DNA from: the human T2T-CHM13v2.0 reference genome, Homo sapiens
Direction: 5' to 3' (one strand)
DNA: 64,000 nucleotides
NCBI RefSeq assembly: GCF_009914755.1
Contig: NC_060925.1
Shown here one piece after another: positions 37,607 to 59,798 of the stretch; positions within the stretch are counted from its first letter, which is position 1, and the number at the start of each line of letters is the position of its first letter. The notes under the pieces were generated by a model. That model did not search any database. It was not told the origin of the DNA and saw nothing but the letters and a program-made list of their open reading frames with translations. A program made the position numbers and the translations under genes.

Positions 37607-39936
37607 TAGTTTCTGGGCCTTTGGACATGCCTGTCCCCATGTGGGATGCCCTCCCCTCCGTCCCTACCTGCTGCAATTCTGGAACCCCTTCCTCCATGAG
37701 GCCTTCCCTTGCTAGCCTGATGGTTGGTGGTGGTTCCCACTCAGTTCTCTCAGGGCCCGCTTGCTGTGGTTTTTATCCTCTGGAATGGAGTGGCCCACAG
37801 TGTTCTATGACTTTTCATGGGACCCACAATCCCAGCCACAAGGAGAAAGACACTTCCTTCTCATCCTCTTCTGGCCCCTTTGACTCCAGCCTGAAAGGGC
37901 CTTGATGGGGAGTGGGTGGAGAGAAAAATGACATCTCAGGTCCCAGGCTCCCTCCACTTAAAAGCTGTGACTTAGGAAGAGGGGGCTCCCTCCTCCCCAC
38001 TTCCCCTCTCTAAGGCCCAGTGCTGGCTGGGGCTGAATACTCCATATTGGTGTGGTGGGTGGGGCATTTTACTGGTGTTTTATTGACCTTGTGCTTCCGT
38101 GTAGCCAGAGAAGAAAAAAGAAAAACCCACAAAAACCCCTTCTTTGATCTCTCGGGGAAATTTCTTGACATTTTGCCTGCCCTGTGCAGCCAGCACTCAG
38201 CTGTGTGGCCGGGTTTGCTTGTGGGCGGGTTGGTGGAGGAAGGAAGCTGAGGGACCTTTGAGATTGAAAAATGTAGATGTCATCGAATCCCTCCTTGCAC
38301 CCAGGCCTGTGATGCCCTCTCCAGCATTCCTGAGAGCAGGTCCCCAGCCCTTTGCTTACATACTCTTGGTGACGGGGAGCTCATTCACTGACTCATAACA
38401 ATGACCACGATTCATACCGATGGAGCACGCTATGTGCTGGCCACTGTGCTGGGCCCTTTACCGACCTTAAGTTCCTTCAATCCTGATAAGAAATCCAGAG
38501 AGGAAACTTGGACACCGAGGGGTTCAGGAATTTGCACAAGGCCACATGCGTATCAGTGGCTCAGCCGGGCCGTGAACATGACCACCGAGTGCAGTCTCCT
38601 GAGCTCTTCAACTGTAGTTGATACTGACCCTCAAGGCCTCGAATTTGGGAGGCAGAAGAGTTTACGAGTGAAGAGCTAATGCGGGGGCTACAAAGCCCTT
38701 CCTGTTCTCCATCTTCCTGGACTACCCTCTCTTTGTGTGCAGACTCGCTCCCCACAGGAAGGGGTCTCTCCTGCAGATGTTTGAGGCCTGCCCAGGTTCA
38801 GGGGAAGGATGTGAGGCCAGGCCAAGTGTTAGGTAGGGAGCATGGCAGGTGTATCCCATCTTGTCCCAGGAGCTGAGGGTTCCTCCGAAGGCTGTGAACA
38901 GGAAGGAGGAGGAGGAGGGGGTTTGTGGGTTCCCCCAGCTTCCGCTGCCCTTGGGTAAAGCTCAGCTTTGTGCATGGGCACGCCCATTTGGCATGACAGC
39001 TGCTGCCCCTGCCGCCTCCCCCTCCCCCGCCCAGTCCCTCTTCATCCTGGGCTTCAGCTGAGTGTGCTGGGCTCCCCTGTGCCCTCTGACACTGTCCCAG
39101 CAGAGCCCCCTCACAGCACCTCCTGGCCCCCCACTGTCCCTGTGTGCTTGACTCACACCTCTGCATTCCTCAGGGTCCACTTAAGTGTAGGCCCTCCCTG
39201 ACCCCAGCCTGGGCCACAGAGCGAGATTCTATCTCGAAAAAAAAGAGAAATAAACATTTGTTGGATGGATGGAGGGATGGCCCTCCCTGACCCCAAGCCA
39301 GCTCAGAGGTCTTGGCTCTGGGCTCTTGGTGCCTCCCATGGTTCCACTTTCCTAACACTCCTTCCATGTGTCATGACTTGTCTATCGTCTTCCTGCAGGA
39401 TCCCCAGCCCTGACCCCAGGGCTTGGCACATAGTAGAGTCTCAATTTTTGAAAGAATAGGTGAATGAATGAATATGGCTAACTTGCCCCGCATACTCTTC
39501 TGTGACAGCCAGCCATTGCCTCACAGGGCCAAGCTTCCATTGTCCCCCTGGCACCTCCCTCTGCTGAAGTCAGACCAGCCTCTCTCTCCTGTCCATCCCA
39601 CTCGCAGGTACATCCTAGTCTTTTCTTTAAGCCTGAAAAATCCACCAGGGTTCTTTTGTATAGGAGGAAGTATGTGGGCGTGGAAGGGAGGAAATGGAAG
39701 GCAGTAGAAGGAAATAGGACTGGCCCAATGCAGCAAGCATTTATTGAGCTCTGTTGGATATAGGGTTATTTGGGGGAGAGAAGGACAAGGTCCTGCCTCC
39801 TGGGAGCAACCCACTAGTAGGGGAGGTGACATGCTTATATATATCTGATACTCCAGAGGGTATCTGTGCTAAGATAGTTTCAAAGGAGGAAGAATGGGAG
39901 CTTACAGTGAGGAAAAGCCCCTATACCACTGGTCTG

Positions 39937-40785
39937 CATCCACCCATCCATCCATCCGTTCATCTACACATCCATCTACCCATCCACCCATCTACCCACT
40001 CATCCACTCTTCCCTAACCCATCCATCTATCCACCTATCTACCTGCCCATCCACCCTTCCCCATCCATCCATCCATCCATCCATCTACCCATCCACCCAT
40101 CTACCCACTCACCTACTGTTCCCTAACCCATTCATCTATCTACCCATCTACCCACCCATCCACCTTTCCCCATCCATCTATCTACCCATCCATCTACCCA
40201 TCCATCCATCTACCCACTCATCCACTCTTCCCTAACCCATCCATCTATCCACCCATCTATCCACCCATCCACCTTTCCCCATCCATCTATCTACCCATCC
40301 AACCATCTACCCACTCATCCACTCTTCCCTAACCCATCCATCTATCCACCCATCTATCCACCCATCCACCTTTCCCCATCCATCTATCTACCCATCCAAC
40401 CATCTACCCACTCATCCACTCTTCCCTAACCCATCCATCTATCCACCCATCCACCTTTCCCCATCCGTCCATCCATCCATCCACCCATCCGTCTACCCAT
40501 CCACCCATCTACTCACTCATCCACTGTTCCTCCACCCATCCATCCATCTACCCATCTACCCACCCATCCACCCTTCCCCCATCCATCCATCCATCCACCC
40601 ACCCACTCATCCATCCACGTACCCACTCATCCATCCACCCACCCACTCATCCATCCACCCACCCACTCATCCACCTACTCGTTTATCCATTCACCTATGC
40701 ACTCACTCATCCATCCATCCACCCACCCACCCACTCATCCATTTACCCACCCATCCACCCACTCATTCATTCATTGATTCACCCA
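39937..40785. repeat. Intron 2 degenerate (CCAT/CCAC/CTAC)n array with ~97-bp higher-order units
   Basis: TACCCACTCATCCACTCTTCCCTAACCC recurs at 40211, 40308 and 40405, with variants elsewhere in the array. Confidence 0.9.
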
Positions 40786-40929
40786 ATATGTTTTGTGTAT
40801 TTGCATTCTATCAGACCCTAGAGATTCAACCATGGGGGGGCAGCTATCATCTTGCCCTCACAAACTCAATCTCAATAAGACAAATATTATACCAATTTGA
40901 GACTTTTCTACCTGCTTGTAAGAAAAGGG

Positions 40930-41680
40930 GGTGCCATAGTTTGAATTCCCCCAGAAGTAGACTGTTATGGGCTGAGTCATGCCCGTATCCCCCAACCAAT
41001 TCCTATGTTGAAGTCTTAACCCCAGAATCTCAGAGTGTGACCTTATTCGGAGATGGGGTCTTTAAAAAGGCAATTGAGTTAAAATAAGTTCACTAGGATA
41101 GGCCCAAATCCAATATGACTGGTGCCTTTATAAAAGGAAATTAGGACACAGATATACACAGAGACAAGACTGTGGGAGGACATGGGGAACACAGTCCATC
41201 TGTAAGTCAGAGAGAAAGAGCTCAGAAGAAACTAGCCCTGCCCATACCTTGATTTTGGACTTCTGGCTTCAAGAGCTGACAATTAATTTCTGTTGTTTAA
41301 GCCACCCTGCTGTCTGTCGTAGTTTGTTATGGCAGCCTGAGCAGACTGATGCACAGACTTTGAGGCAATGATCTGAGTACAGTTGGTGATGCCTGGAAAC
41401 ACCAATTTGGAAGTAGGGAAGTGGCAGACGGAAGGGAAGGCAGCTTATAAAGTTGTGTTAGAAAGCTAGTTACTGCTGTGGGCAACTGGGGCTTAATCCC
41501 TCTGGGGGCCTCTGGGAGCCAGTGCAGAACAGCTGAGGGTGAGGGAGCTGGGGTATTTATATGCCAATGTCCATCAAACATTGGTGGAACTGCTCCTGGG
41601 GTGGTACATCTTGGTAGGTCTGGCCTGCCACACCCTGGCAGAGCAGGCTCTGGGTGCTCTGAGAGGGTGATTTTAAAGGG
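40930..41680. mobile_element. MLT1B-like LTR (+, ~40963-41353) nested in an older LTR33-like element
   Basis: tgttatgggctga...gttatggcagcctgagcagactgatgca with YAGAC 5-bp TSD; flanks resemble LTR33 (gttactgctgtgggcaactggggcttaatcc). Confidence 0.6.
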
Positions 41681-41821
41681 ACCCAGAGAGAGGATCTGGG
41701 TGGGGTCAGATGATCAGGAAAGTTCCATGAGAAGATGGTATTTCAGCCTGATCTGGCTGGGTGTGAAGGGTTCCCAGTGGGTGGAAGATGGAGAAGCCAC
41801 TTAGCCTGCAGGAAGAACATT

Positions 41822-43422
<1,601 letters not shown>

Positions 43423-43619
43423 ACATTCAGGATGTATGAGGGGTGTTAGAGAAAAGATCAAGATACCCAGACTGGCTGTAGTAGAGAGTGCATGAAGTGA
43501 GCAATGTACTAGAATGCCAGACTGGGAAGATGGAGACACAGTGTGAGGCCTGGGAGTGCAGGCTGGGGAATGCCGTATGAACTAGGTTGACAGAACATGT
43601 TTTAATGAAATATGTGTGA

Positions 43620-44294
<675 letters not shown>

Positions 44295-44676
44295 TTATGG
44301 GGAATTTAGACACTGTGAAGATTGAGCTCACAAATAAATGTGTGATTACAACAGTTAGGTGTTGAAGGGCAAGGAAATGAGTCTTTGTTTTTATTGGGGA
44401 TCACGACCAAGGCTCTGAGACAGTGATGCTTTGATCATGATGTGAAGGCTGAGTGGGAGTTACTAGGGGAGAGGAGCATTCGGGGCAGAGGACCAGCTTG
44501 TGCAAAGGCCCTGGGGTGGCAGAAGGGAGCATTGCCCCTTTGGGGAACAGGGAGATGCCAGTGTGGCTAGAGATCAGAGGGCAAGGGGGACATAGGTGAG
44601 CCGAACCTCACTAGCCATGGTAAGGACCCATCCTGGGAGCCATGAGAAGCCTTTGAAAGTTTTCAGCAAGGAGTGA

Positions 44677-45065
<389 letters not shown>

Positions 45066-45107
45066 CGAAGCTAGTATTTTTGAGAGGTTCTTGCGTGTTG
45101 TTCTAGG

Positions 45108-45892
<785 letters not shown>

Positions 45893-45894
45893 TA

Positions 45895-46385
45895 TTTTCA
45901 TTGTAACTGGCAGAAGGGCTCAAATAAGACAAAAGAGAAATAATTGGCTCCCTAACAGAGAAGTCCATGGACACCCTACATTCAGATGTTTGAACGATGT
46001 CCTCAGGAGCCCATTTCTCTCCAACTCTGGCTTCTGCTGGCTTCTGAGTCACCTCCTTCTTAGGCAAGTCCTGCCCACACCATGCCCACGCTCAGGCTGT
46101 GATGACCTGGGCAGCTCTGGGCTTAACTAGCCCTTTCAGCCAGGAATCCAGTAGATAAACGGAGGACATCTTTCTGGATTGCTTTTGTGAAACTCTCAGA
46201 GATGAGGCTTATTGGCTGGCATGCCTGGGTCATGTGCCCATACTAAACTAATCACAGTGGTGAGGAACATGGAGTACTCTGATTGGCCTGCTTGGGTCAT
46301 GTGGCAATCCTGAGCCAATTATATTGATGGGAAGAAGTATTCTGATTGGCCTGCTTGGGTCATGTGCTCATCCTGGAAGCAAGGT
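45895..46385. mobile_element. Old MaLR LTR (MLT1J/K-like) with repeated GATTGGCCTGCTTGGGTCATGTG motif
   Basis: Motif at ~46211 (variant), 46282 and 46345, typical of this family. Confidence 0.55.
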
Positions 46386-46446
46386 AGGCAGCGATTGCTG
46401 GGTGACTTGTTTATCTCGAAATCAGGCTGGATTAGGGTCTTAGTGG

Positions 46447-46695
46447 CAGGAGTGTCCAATCTTTCGGCTTCCCTGGGCCACATTGGAAGAAGAAGTGTTA
46501 GTGTGGAAGAAGTGAATTTAGTCTAACACTAAGGATAGTGTTTTAGCTTATAGCTGATGAGCTAAAAAAAAAAAAAAAAAAAAATCACACACACGCAAAT
46601 CTCATAATGTTTTAAGAAAGTTTATGAGTTTGCGTTGGGCCTCATTCAGAGCTGTCCTGGGCCGAATGCGGCTAGTCGTGGGTTGGACAAGCTTG
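46447..46695 (+). mobile_element. MER30 (hAT-Charlie)
   Basis: tgtccaatctttcggcttccctgggccacattggaagaag...gggttggacaagcttg. Confidence 0.75.
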
Positions 46696-47238
46696 GTCTA
46701 GACTTTCATGGTCTAAAGTTATGGCTCTCCTAATTCCTGCAGTGAGATAAGACCCCTGCAGAGAATGATGACAACCGGTGCTCATATAGTGCTTGTTGGG
46801 TGCCAGGGACTGCTGTAGTACTTTATACATATTTATCTTCACAGTCCATTCAGTCCTTTCAAGAACACTAGGAGGTGGGTCCTATTACTAACTTAATAGT
46901 GCTAAATATATACACGTACTATGTACCCTCACACACACACACACAAATAGTGCTGACAAGGTCATTATCACGCAATTGGCAAATGGCAGCCCTAGAATCC
47001 CAGGCCCAGCTCTTCTCTATAACTATGTTGCTTTTCCTTGCCTGCTAGGGGACCTTAGGCGAGGGTTGCCCCTCCTGGGTGTCAGTGCTTCCATCCATAA
47101 CACAAGAATTGGACTGACAGTTTTCGGGGGTTGGAGGTGGAGCTGGGAGGGGCGTCAGGGATGAGAGGTGTGGGGCATTGGGTCATAAGGCCTTTGCTAA
47201 GTCAGCCTGGCTTGGAGCTTCTCTGTTTCTTTTCCCAG

Positions 47239-47355
47239 GGCTGTTCCCGACACAGCAGTGCCCACAGAGGCCTACTGACTGCAGGAAGCAGTGTGAGCCT
47301 GACTACTACCTGGATGAGGCCGACCGCTGTACAGCCTGCGTGACTTGTTCTCGAG
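47239..47355 (+). CDS. TNFRSF8: TNFRSF8 exon 3 (GLFPTQQCPQRPTDCRKQCEPDYYLDEADRCTACVTCSR)
   Basis: Polypyrimidine tract + cccag acceptor, donor G|GTAAGG; 117 nt, phase 1-1, TNFR Cys pattern. Confidence 0.98.
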
Positions 47356-47799
47356 GTAAGGGCCTTGTCCTCTCTCCAGGGCCTCCTTCTAGGGAGCATG
47401 AGGGGTCCTCAGAGGAGAGGTGAAGAATCTGGAAGGTGGAGAGCATCATGATTTGATGTCTGTTCTCTGAATTGTCCTCCTGGTGCCTCAGTTTACCTCT
47501 CTGCATTTGTGATTTGATATCAGCCATGACCTTTTGCATCCATACTTTCACAGAGACTTAACATGTTTCCTGAAGGAGAGGACTCACATTTTTTTGAGTT
47601 TAATCCTCACCACAGCCCTAGGGGAGGATTTCTTGCTTATCCTTACTTTACAATGAGGAATTTGAGGATAGGGAGGTTAAGGGCCTTTCCAAAGTTACAA
47701 AACTCTGGTAAGTGGCAGAACTGGAGTTTGAGTTGTGGCCTGACACCAAGAGCTGTGTTCTTTTCCTAAGATCACAGGACTTCCAGGAAAACTGTTTCA

Positions 47800-49720
47800 G
47801 TATGACCTTTTATTGTTAGTCTCTTATTATGGTTAGAGAATGCAGTCTGTGTGCTATCTAGTGTTTATTTTTGTGTGGATTTTTTTGGGGGGTAGGGTGG
47901 GGGAAATTTGTTGAGATCTTTTTGTGGTCTAATAAATAATAAATGATCATGTATTTTCAGAGTGTTCAGTGTATGGGTGTTTTAAAATGTGTATTCTGTT
48001 TGTTGCGTATAAAGTTCTCTACATATCTATTAAGTTAAGCTTGTTAATTGTGTTATTTAAATAATGTGTACCCTTATTTACTTTTATCACCTTTATTTCT
48101 GAGAGATGTGTTAAAATCTTATCTCCCAGTATACTTGTTCATCTATTAGATTTTCATTGTGTTCTTTCTATTTTTGCTTCATATATGTCAAAGCTATGTT
48201 ATTAGGTACATAAATGTTCATGAATGTTATGTTTTTTTGGTGGGTTGGGCTTTTTATCCACATGAATATACCTCTCCATTCCTTGTAATGCCTTTTCCCT
48301 TAATTTCACATTTGTTTGGCATTAATATTGCTATTCCTTCCTGGAAGAAGTAGCAAAGGTTAAAAAGAAAGAAAAGTAATAATAATATTGCCATTTCTTC
48401 TTTCTTTTTATTAGCATTTATCTGGTGTATCTTTGAATTTCTAAAAGTAATGACTGCATTTTATGAAATGAAAATTATAAACATTTATTATTTAAAATTC
48501 AAGCAATACAAAGAGTGTAAGGAAGAAAACAAACATTGCCCTCCCCAGCCCTCCATCTATAGATAACTACTATTATCATTAGATGGCTGACACGCCTCTA
48601 CCTCTCTGTATAAAGATGGGTAGGTTAGTAACCAGACAGCCTGTACACACTTACAAAGAAGGAATTTTAAGAGAATGGCAACATATTTATGGCATTAAAA
48701 TGATAATATTTAATTTTAGTCAAAAGTATCAGAAAAAGAAAGCGAAGTGAAACAGAAGAATGCCAAACCTCAGTCAGATTAATGTATCTTCAGCAAAAGA
48801 TACTGCAATTCCTTTAAAAAAAAAAACCCTCTAAAATTAAGAAAGGAGGTTATGAAAATCAGTAAGTGGTTAATAATCATTTCAGAATCTACTATCTCTT
48901 GCAGTAAAGGCAAAATCTGCTTAGTTTGAGTTTTGGACAGTAGAGAATAGATTGACTCCCTGTAATGAAGAACAAAGTAATTATTTTTCCCACCTCCTCA
49001 TCCTCTTCCTGACTTTTATTCCTTACACAAATTTTACTTTGTCATAATCTATAATGTTTATATTCTCATCTGCAACCATAAGTCCCTTGGCATGTTAGCC
49101 TTAACATTTTTTATTATTCATGATGAGTTTATTTGGCACAGCTTCTCTGTTCCTGAGTTTTTCACTTTGATTCATCATTTGAGTGATTGGATTACACTGT
49201 CAGGTGGATTTTTCAAGAAGGGCTCGTCTTTGCAATATTCTCTGTTATTTCATGTTTGAGGATGCTTGTCTGTTGCCTATATTTTTGTTTTCTTTTTTTT
49301 CTTTTTGAGACAGAGTCTGACTCTGTCGCCCAGGCTGGAGTGCAGTGGTGCAATCTCGGCTCACTACAACCTCTACCTCCTGGATTCGAGCGATTCTCCT
49401 GCCTCCTGAGTAGCTGAGATTACAGGGATGCACCACCACGCCTGGCTAATTTTTGTATTTTTAGAAGAGATGGGGTTTCATCATGTTGCCCAGGCTGGTC
49501 TCAAACTCCTGACCTCAAGTGATCCAGCCGCCTTGGCCTCCTAAAGTGTTGGGATTACAGGTGTGAGTCACCATTCCCGGCCCAATTTCTTATCTTTAAA
49601 TTTTAAGACAGGGTCTCACTTTGTTGTCCAGGCTGGCCTTAAACTCCAGGGCTTAAGTGTTCCTCCTGCCTCAGCCTCCCGAGTAGCTGGGGCTGCACTT
49701 GCATGTTACTGCACCCAACT
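47800..49720 (-). mobile_element. Old L1M remnants with antisense Alus (49285-49583, 49605-49720)
   Basis: AT-rich L1-like sequence (tctgagagatgtgttaaaatct, tattaggtacataaatgttca); Alu consensus. Confidence 0.6.
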
Positions 49721-49756
49721 TACAATTTTTTTGTGTGTCTCTGAGGATATAAATTA

Positions 49757-52188
<2,432 letters not shown>

Positions 52189-52659
52189 GGTATCATTTCT
52201 AATGTTTTGTTCTGTTTTCCCTCTTTTCTGCCTCCTTGAGTGTTAGTGCTCTTTGCATTCAGAGCTCCTCTTCCTTGGCGCTGGTTTTCCTCTGATGTTT
52301 GGCGACTTCTAGTTCTGTGCACATCATATCTCATGATGCCGGTGGTCTGCGAATGGGGCTTCTGAAACCCACCTCTGAGGGCAATGGGGCTCAGGTGGGG
52401 CTGCAACAGTCTCTTTGCGGGAAGACGCGTGGCCTCTGGCTCTGTGGCATGAGTGATGAGGAGCTATCCAGAGCCTTTCCCCCTTCTTCAGAGAGTCCCC
52501 CTTGGCTGCATTCTGGGCTGTGGTCTCCTTCACTCTGATCTTATCTGTCCTCTGCCTTCCGTATTTCGGGGAGTTGTCTTCGTTTCTGATCTGCCAAGCT
52601 TGCCCCTTCTTGGTCTCCAGGCCTGTTACACATTAATTATTAGTTTTACCAGTGCTATT

Positions 52660-54320
<1,661 letters not shown>

Positions 54321-54516
54321 TTTTATTTTTTTGCATTTTAAAAAATTGGTACATTAATTTAATTTTTAATCCAATTTTAGTGGTCACCAGGGGGTTGAGC
54401 TGGGAGGCGGAGGCTGCGTTGCGGACTGCACCTGCCCTCTCCCCCTCATCTCAAGAGCTATCTGGAGAGACGCCTTCCTTCTGTTCCCCTCTGTGACCCC
54501 TGTCTGTGTCCCTTAG

Positions 54517-54669
54517 ACGACCTCGTGGAGAAGACGCCGTGTGCATGGAACTCCTCCCGTGTCTGCGAATGTCGACCCGGCATGTTCTGTTCCACGTCTG
54601 CCGTCAACTCCTGTGCCCGCTGCTTCTTCCATTCTGTCTGTCCGGCAGGGATGATTGTCAAGTTCCCAG
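54517..54669 (+). CDS. TNFRSF8: TNFRSF8 exon 4 (DDLVEKTPCAWNSSRVCECRPGMFCSTSAVNSCARCFFHSVCPAGMIVKFP-G)
   Basis: ccttag acceptor, donor G|GTCAGT; 153 nt, phase 1-1; CECRPG TNFR motif and NSS sequon. Confidence 0.98.
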
Positions 54670-55666
54670 GTCAGTGTCCCCACCCTTAACTCAGGACAGA
54701 GATCTATGCTGTTGCTGCTGCACCTTCCGCCCACCCCAGTGCACTGTTGACTTCCGACCTCCCGCTTCCCGGAGACTGTTGGACAGATCATGTCTCCTTT
54801 GGCGATGGGCCAGGGATGTACCCAGCACCCAGCCCTTCTGCTGCCCTCCCCCACCTTGTGTTCCAGGTGCAGAGAGACCCTGCTGTCCCCTGGCATAGAC
54901 CTGGCTGGAGGAGGTCTTGCTTTGGTTTGAGGCTCAAGGCAGAAGTTATCTGATGCCCCATAAACAAGAAGGGAACCTCAAGTCTCTGTCCTGGGAGTTT
55001 CCTAGAAGATTGGGGTTGGCTTCCCCCTTTCAGGTTCAGGGCATTGGGAGTTAGAGGTGCTGAGAGATCTGGCCCCAGGCTCAAGACTTGAGAAACTTGG
55101 GTTTCTTTTCCAACTTATCGTGTGACCTCAGACAAGTTTCTTACCTCTCTGACTTCTACTTCTCTGATAGTACAAGGTGTCAGGGCTGCTTTTAACCAGA
55201 GAAGGGGTATGGGCCACAGAACCTGTCTGGGTGGAGTTGGGACCATCTTCCAGAAGGGAGGCATGAGGAGTGGGTGGGCTTTGGAGCACAGCACAGAGTG
55301 GCTGCCGCAGTTGCAGACTGTATGGAGCCGGGGAGATGGGCTCAGAGGCAGCCCTGTGTCCACTGTCCACTGAGGAGAAAAGTGCCACAAAGTGCCTGTG
55401 GTCCCTCCCCCAACCAGGTCCTTCTCTGGAGTCCCATGCCCTGTTGTGCAAACCTGGGGATTGGCAGTCACCCCCATCGCTACCACTGCCTGCCCCTTTT
55501 ATCCTTCCCTCGTTCCCTCATCCTTCACAGCCAGCCCATCCTCGAGTCCTGTAGATTTGGCCTCCAATTATCTTCCCCACCTTCTCACCCCGAATACCTT
55601 CTCTTATACAGCCCCCATGGCAGACAGCCAGAATGACCCTTGCAAGACCAAATCTGAATCTGATCC

Positions 55667-55709
55667 TCTCTCTCTCTCTCTCTCTCTCACTCACTCACTC
55701 TCTCTCTGT

Positions 55710-55740
<31 letters not shown>
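55667..55740. repeat. (TC)n-(CA)n compound microsatellite
   Basis: Read directly. Confidence 0.92.
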
Positions 55741-55743
<3 letters not shown>

Positions 55744-55763
55744 TATATACCTGAAATGCTTCA

Positions 55764-55967
<204 letters not shown>

Positions 55968-55970
55968 TTA

Positions 55971-56258
<288 letters not shown>

Positions 56259-57214
56259 CTAAGCCATCTTCCCAGAATCAGAGTCTCAGGATGTGATCCC
56301 AACACAGCCCCCTCCTTTCTCCCAGCTTCAGCTCTCAGCACCAAGCCCTCACTCTCTGGGCTCCACCTGCGCTGCCCTTCTTCCAGGTTGGAGGACGTGT
56401 GTGCTTCTCTGTCCCACCCGCCCTCTGCACGTGCTGTTCTCTCTGTCGGAGACACCCTTCCCTCCCCATTCACTTAGTCAAATCCTACTCAGCCCTGAGC
56501 TCTCCACCCCACTTCCTCAAGAGGCCTTCCCTGGCCTCTCACTAGGGAAGCTGGTAGCACTGTGTCCTTTGCAAATGTGGATACATACCTCTCTCTGTCT
56601 CTTGGCTTGATCAATGTCTGTCTCCCTCCCTGGCTGGAAGCTTCCTGAGGGCAAAGACCATGCCCCTGGTGTCCATCAACATCTCCCCACTGCCTGATCA
56701 AATGCTAGGCATGGCACCTGCTCCCCATAGAGATTCATTGAATTAAGATATGGGGACACCTGACAGGGAGCTCCGAGCTGGTGGGGGGGTGGAGTTCAAA
56801 TCTGGTCAAATTCCAGGGTCGGGGGAGAGCGCTCTGCTAAGGAATGATGGAGGCCTCCACCCATAAGCAGGGGAGAGTGCTGGAGTGGACTGGGCAGCAG
56901 ATACCTAGGATTTTGCAAAGATTTGCAACTGTGGGGCATGTTCCCACCCGCCTCTGGACCTCGGTCTCCCCATCTCTCAAATGAGGAGGTATAACTGAAG
57001 GCCTTGGGGGCCTCTCCAAAAAGGCCAAACTTCCCAAAAGTTTCCAGCTCAGAAACTTCTGCATCTTTGTGAAAAACATCTTGAGTTCAGTTGTTCCAGC
57101 CAAGGCTTCCTGCTGGAGGGACTGTCTGGGCAGTGTTCCTGAGACTGCCACACAGCGGCGCCAGAGGCCTCCCTTTGCTGCCCCTGGACCCCAGCTGCCC
57201 AATGCAGTGCCCCT

Positions 57215-57813
<599 letters not shown>

Positions 57814-58242
57814 TTTTAGAAGTGTTCTAATCTCAGCTGCCAAACCCTGGTTAATCTCTGGGGTCCCCTGTGGACTCACCCATGGGGCAGCTCTCCGGGG
57901 TTGTTGTTTTTTTTCCAGCTGTAAAATAGAAAGCAGTTTCTGCCTCCAGTCAGCCAAGCCCCACGCTAAGAGCCTTCACTGGCTGTCTCTCCTGAAATTC
58001 TCACGTCTCCATAAGACAGACAGTATTAGCCCCATTTTCCAGGTGTGGAAATCGAGGTCCGGAGATGGGAGGTAAATTGCCCGCGGAGACAGAGCAGGAA
58101 ATGTCTAAGCTTAGGTGTCATCACTCCACCATGCCACAGAACACGAGAGGTCAGCATTGCTCGCGCTCACCTCCACGGAAAGCTTCAGAGCGAAGTCCCA
58201 CACATACAGGCCACCATTTTTTTATTTTTTTTTTTTTTGTGA

Positions 58243-58344
<102 letters not shown>

Positions 58345-58844
58345 TGAGTAGCTGGGATTACAGGTACCTGCCACCATGCCCGGCTAATTTTTTGTAATTT
58401 TAGTAGAGATGGGGTTTCACTATGTTGTCCAGGCTGGTCTCGAACTCCTGACCTCATGATCCGCCCACCTCGGCCTCCCAAAGTGTTGGGATTACAGGTG
58501 TGAGCCACCGTGCCTGGCGACATACGGGTCACCTTCTAAGTGTTGGGATGGGAGTCCAGATGGGTGTAAGGACATAGCATTTACCATATGTCATGCAATG
58601 TGATGGGCACCTCACGTGCACTCTTCTGTTTATCCTGACGACAGCCTGGTGAAGAGTGTATGATTATAGTCATTTGACTGGGCTGGGCACGGCAGCTTAT
58701 GCCTGAAATCCCAGCACTTTGGGAGGCTGAGGAGGGTGGATCACCTGAGGTCAGGAGTTCGAGACCAGCCTGGCCAACATGGCGAAACCCTGTCTCTACT
58801 AAAAATTAGCCGGGCGTGGTTGCAGGCACCTGTAATCCCAGCTA

Positions 58845-59545
<701 letters not shown>

Positions 59546-59707
59546 ACTCTGAAGGGGAACGGGTGCCAGGCGGGTGCCACCTCCAGATGACTGCTGTGTT
59601 TTCCAAGGGCCCCATCTCCGACTCTGGCCTGTGGTAGTGAAGGGTGTATTCCGGGAGACTTTGGGTCCCCAACACTGATTCTGAAGGCACTGCTGTCCCC
59701 CCTGCAG

Positions 59708-59798
59708 GCACGGCGCAGAAGAACACGGTCTGTGAGCCGGCTTCCCCAGGGGTCAGCCCTGCCTGTGCCAGCCCAGAGAACTGCAAGGAACCCTCCAG
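59708..59798 (+). CDS. TNFRSF8: TNFRSF8 exon 5 (GTAQKNTVCEPASPGVSPACASPENCKEPS-S)
   Basis: ctgcag acceptor, donor AG|GTGACT; 91 nt, phase 1-2; GTxxxNTVC TNFR motif. Confidence 0.97.

Noticed and set aside
46205-46370. Triple CCAAT/GGTCA motif as a novel regulatory cassette
   Set aside because: Matches the internal repeated motif typical of old MLT1J/K LTRs
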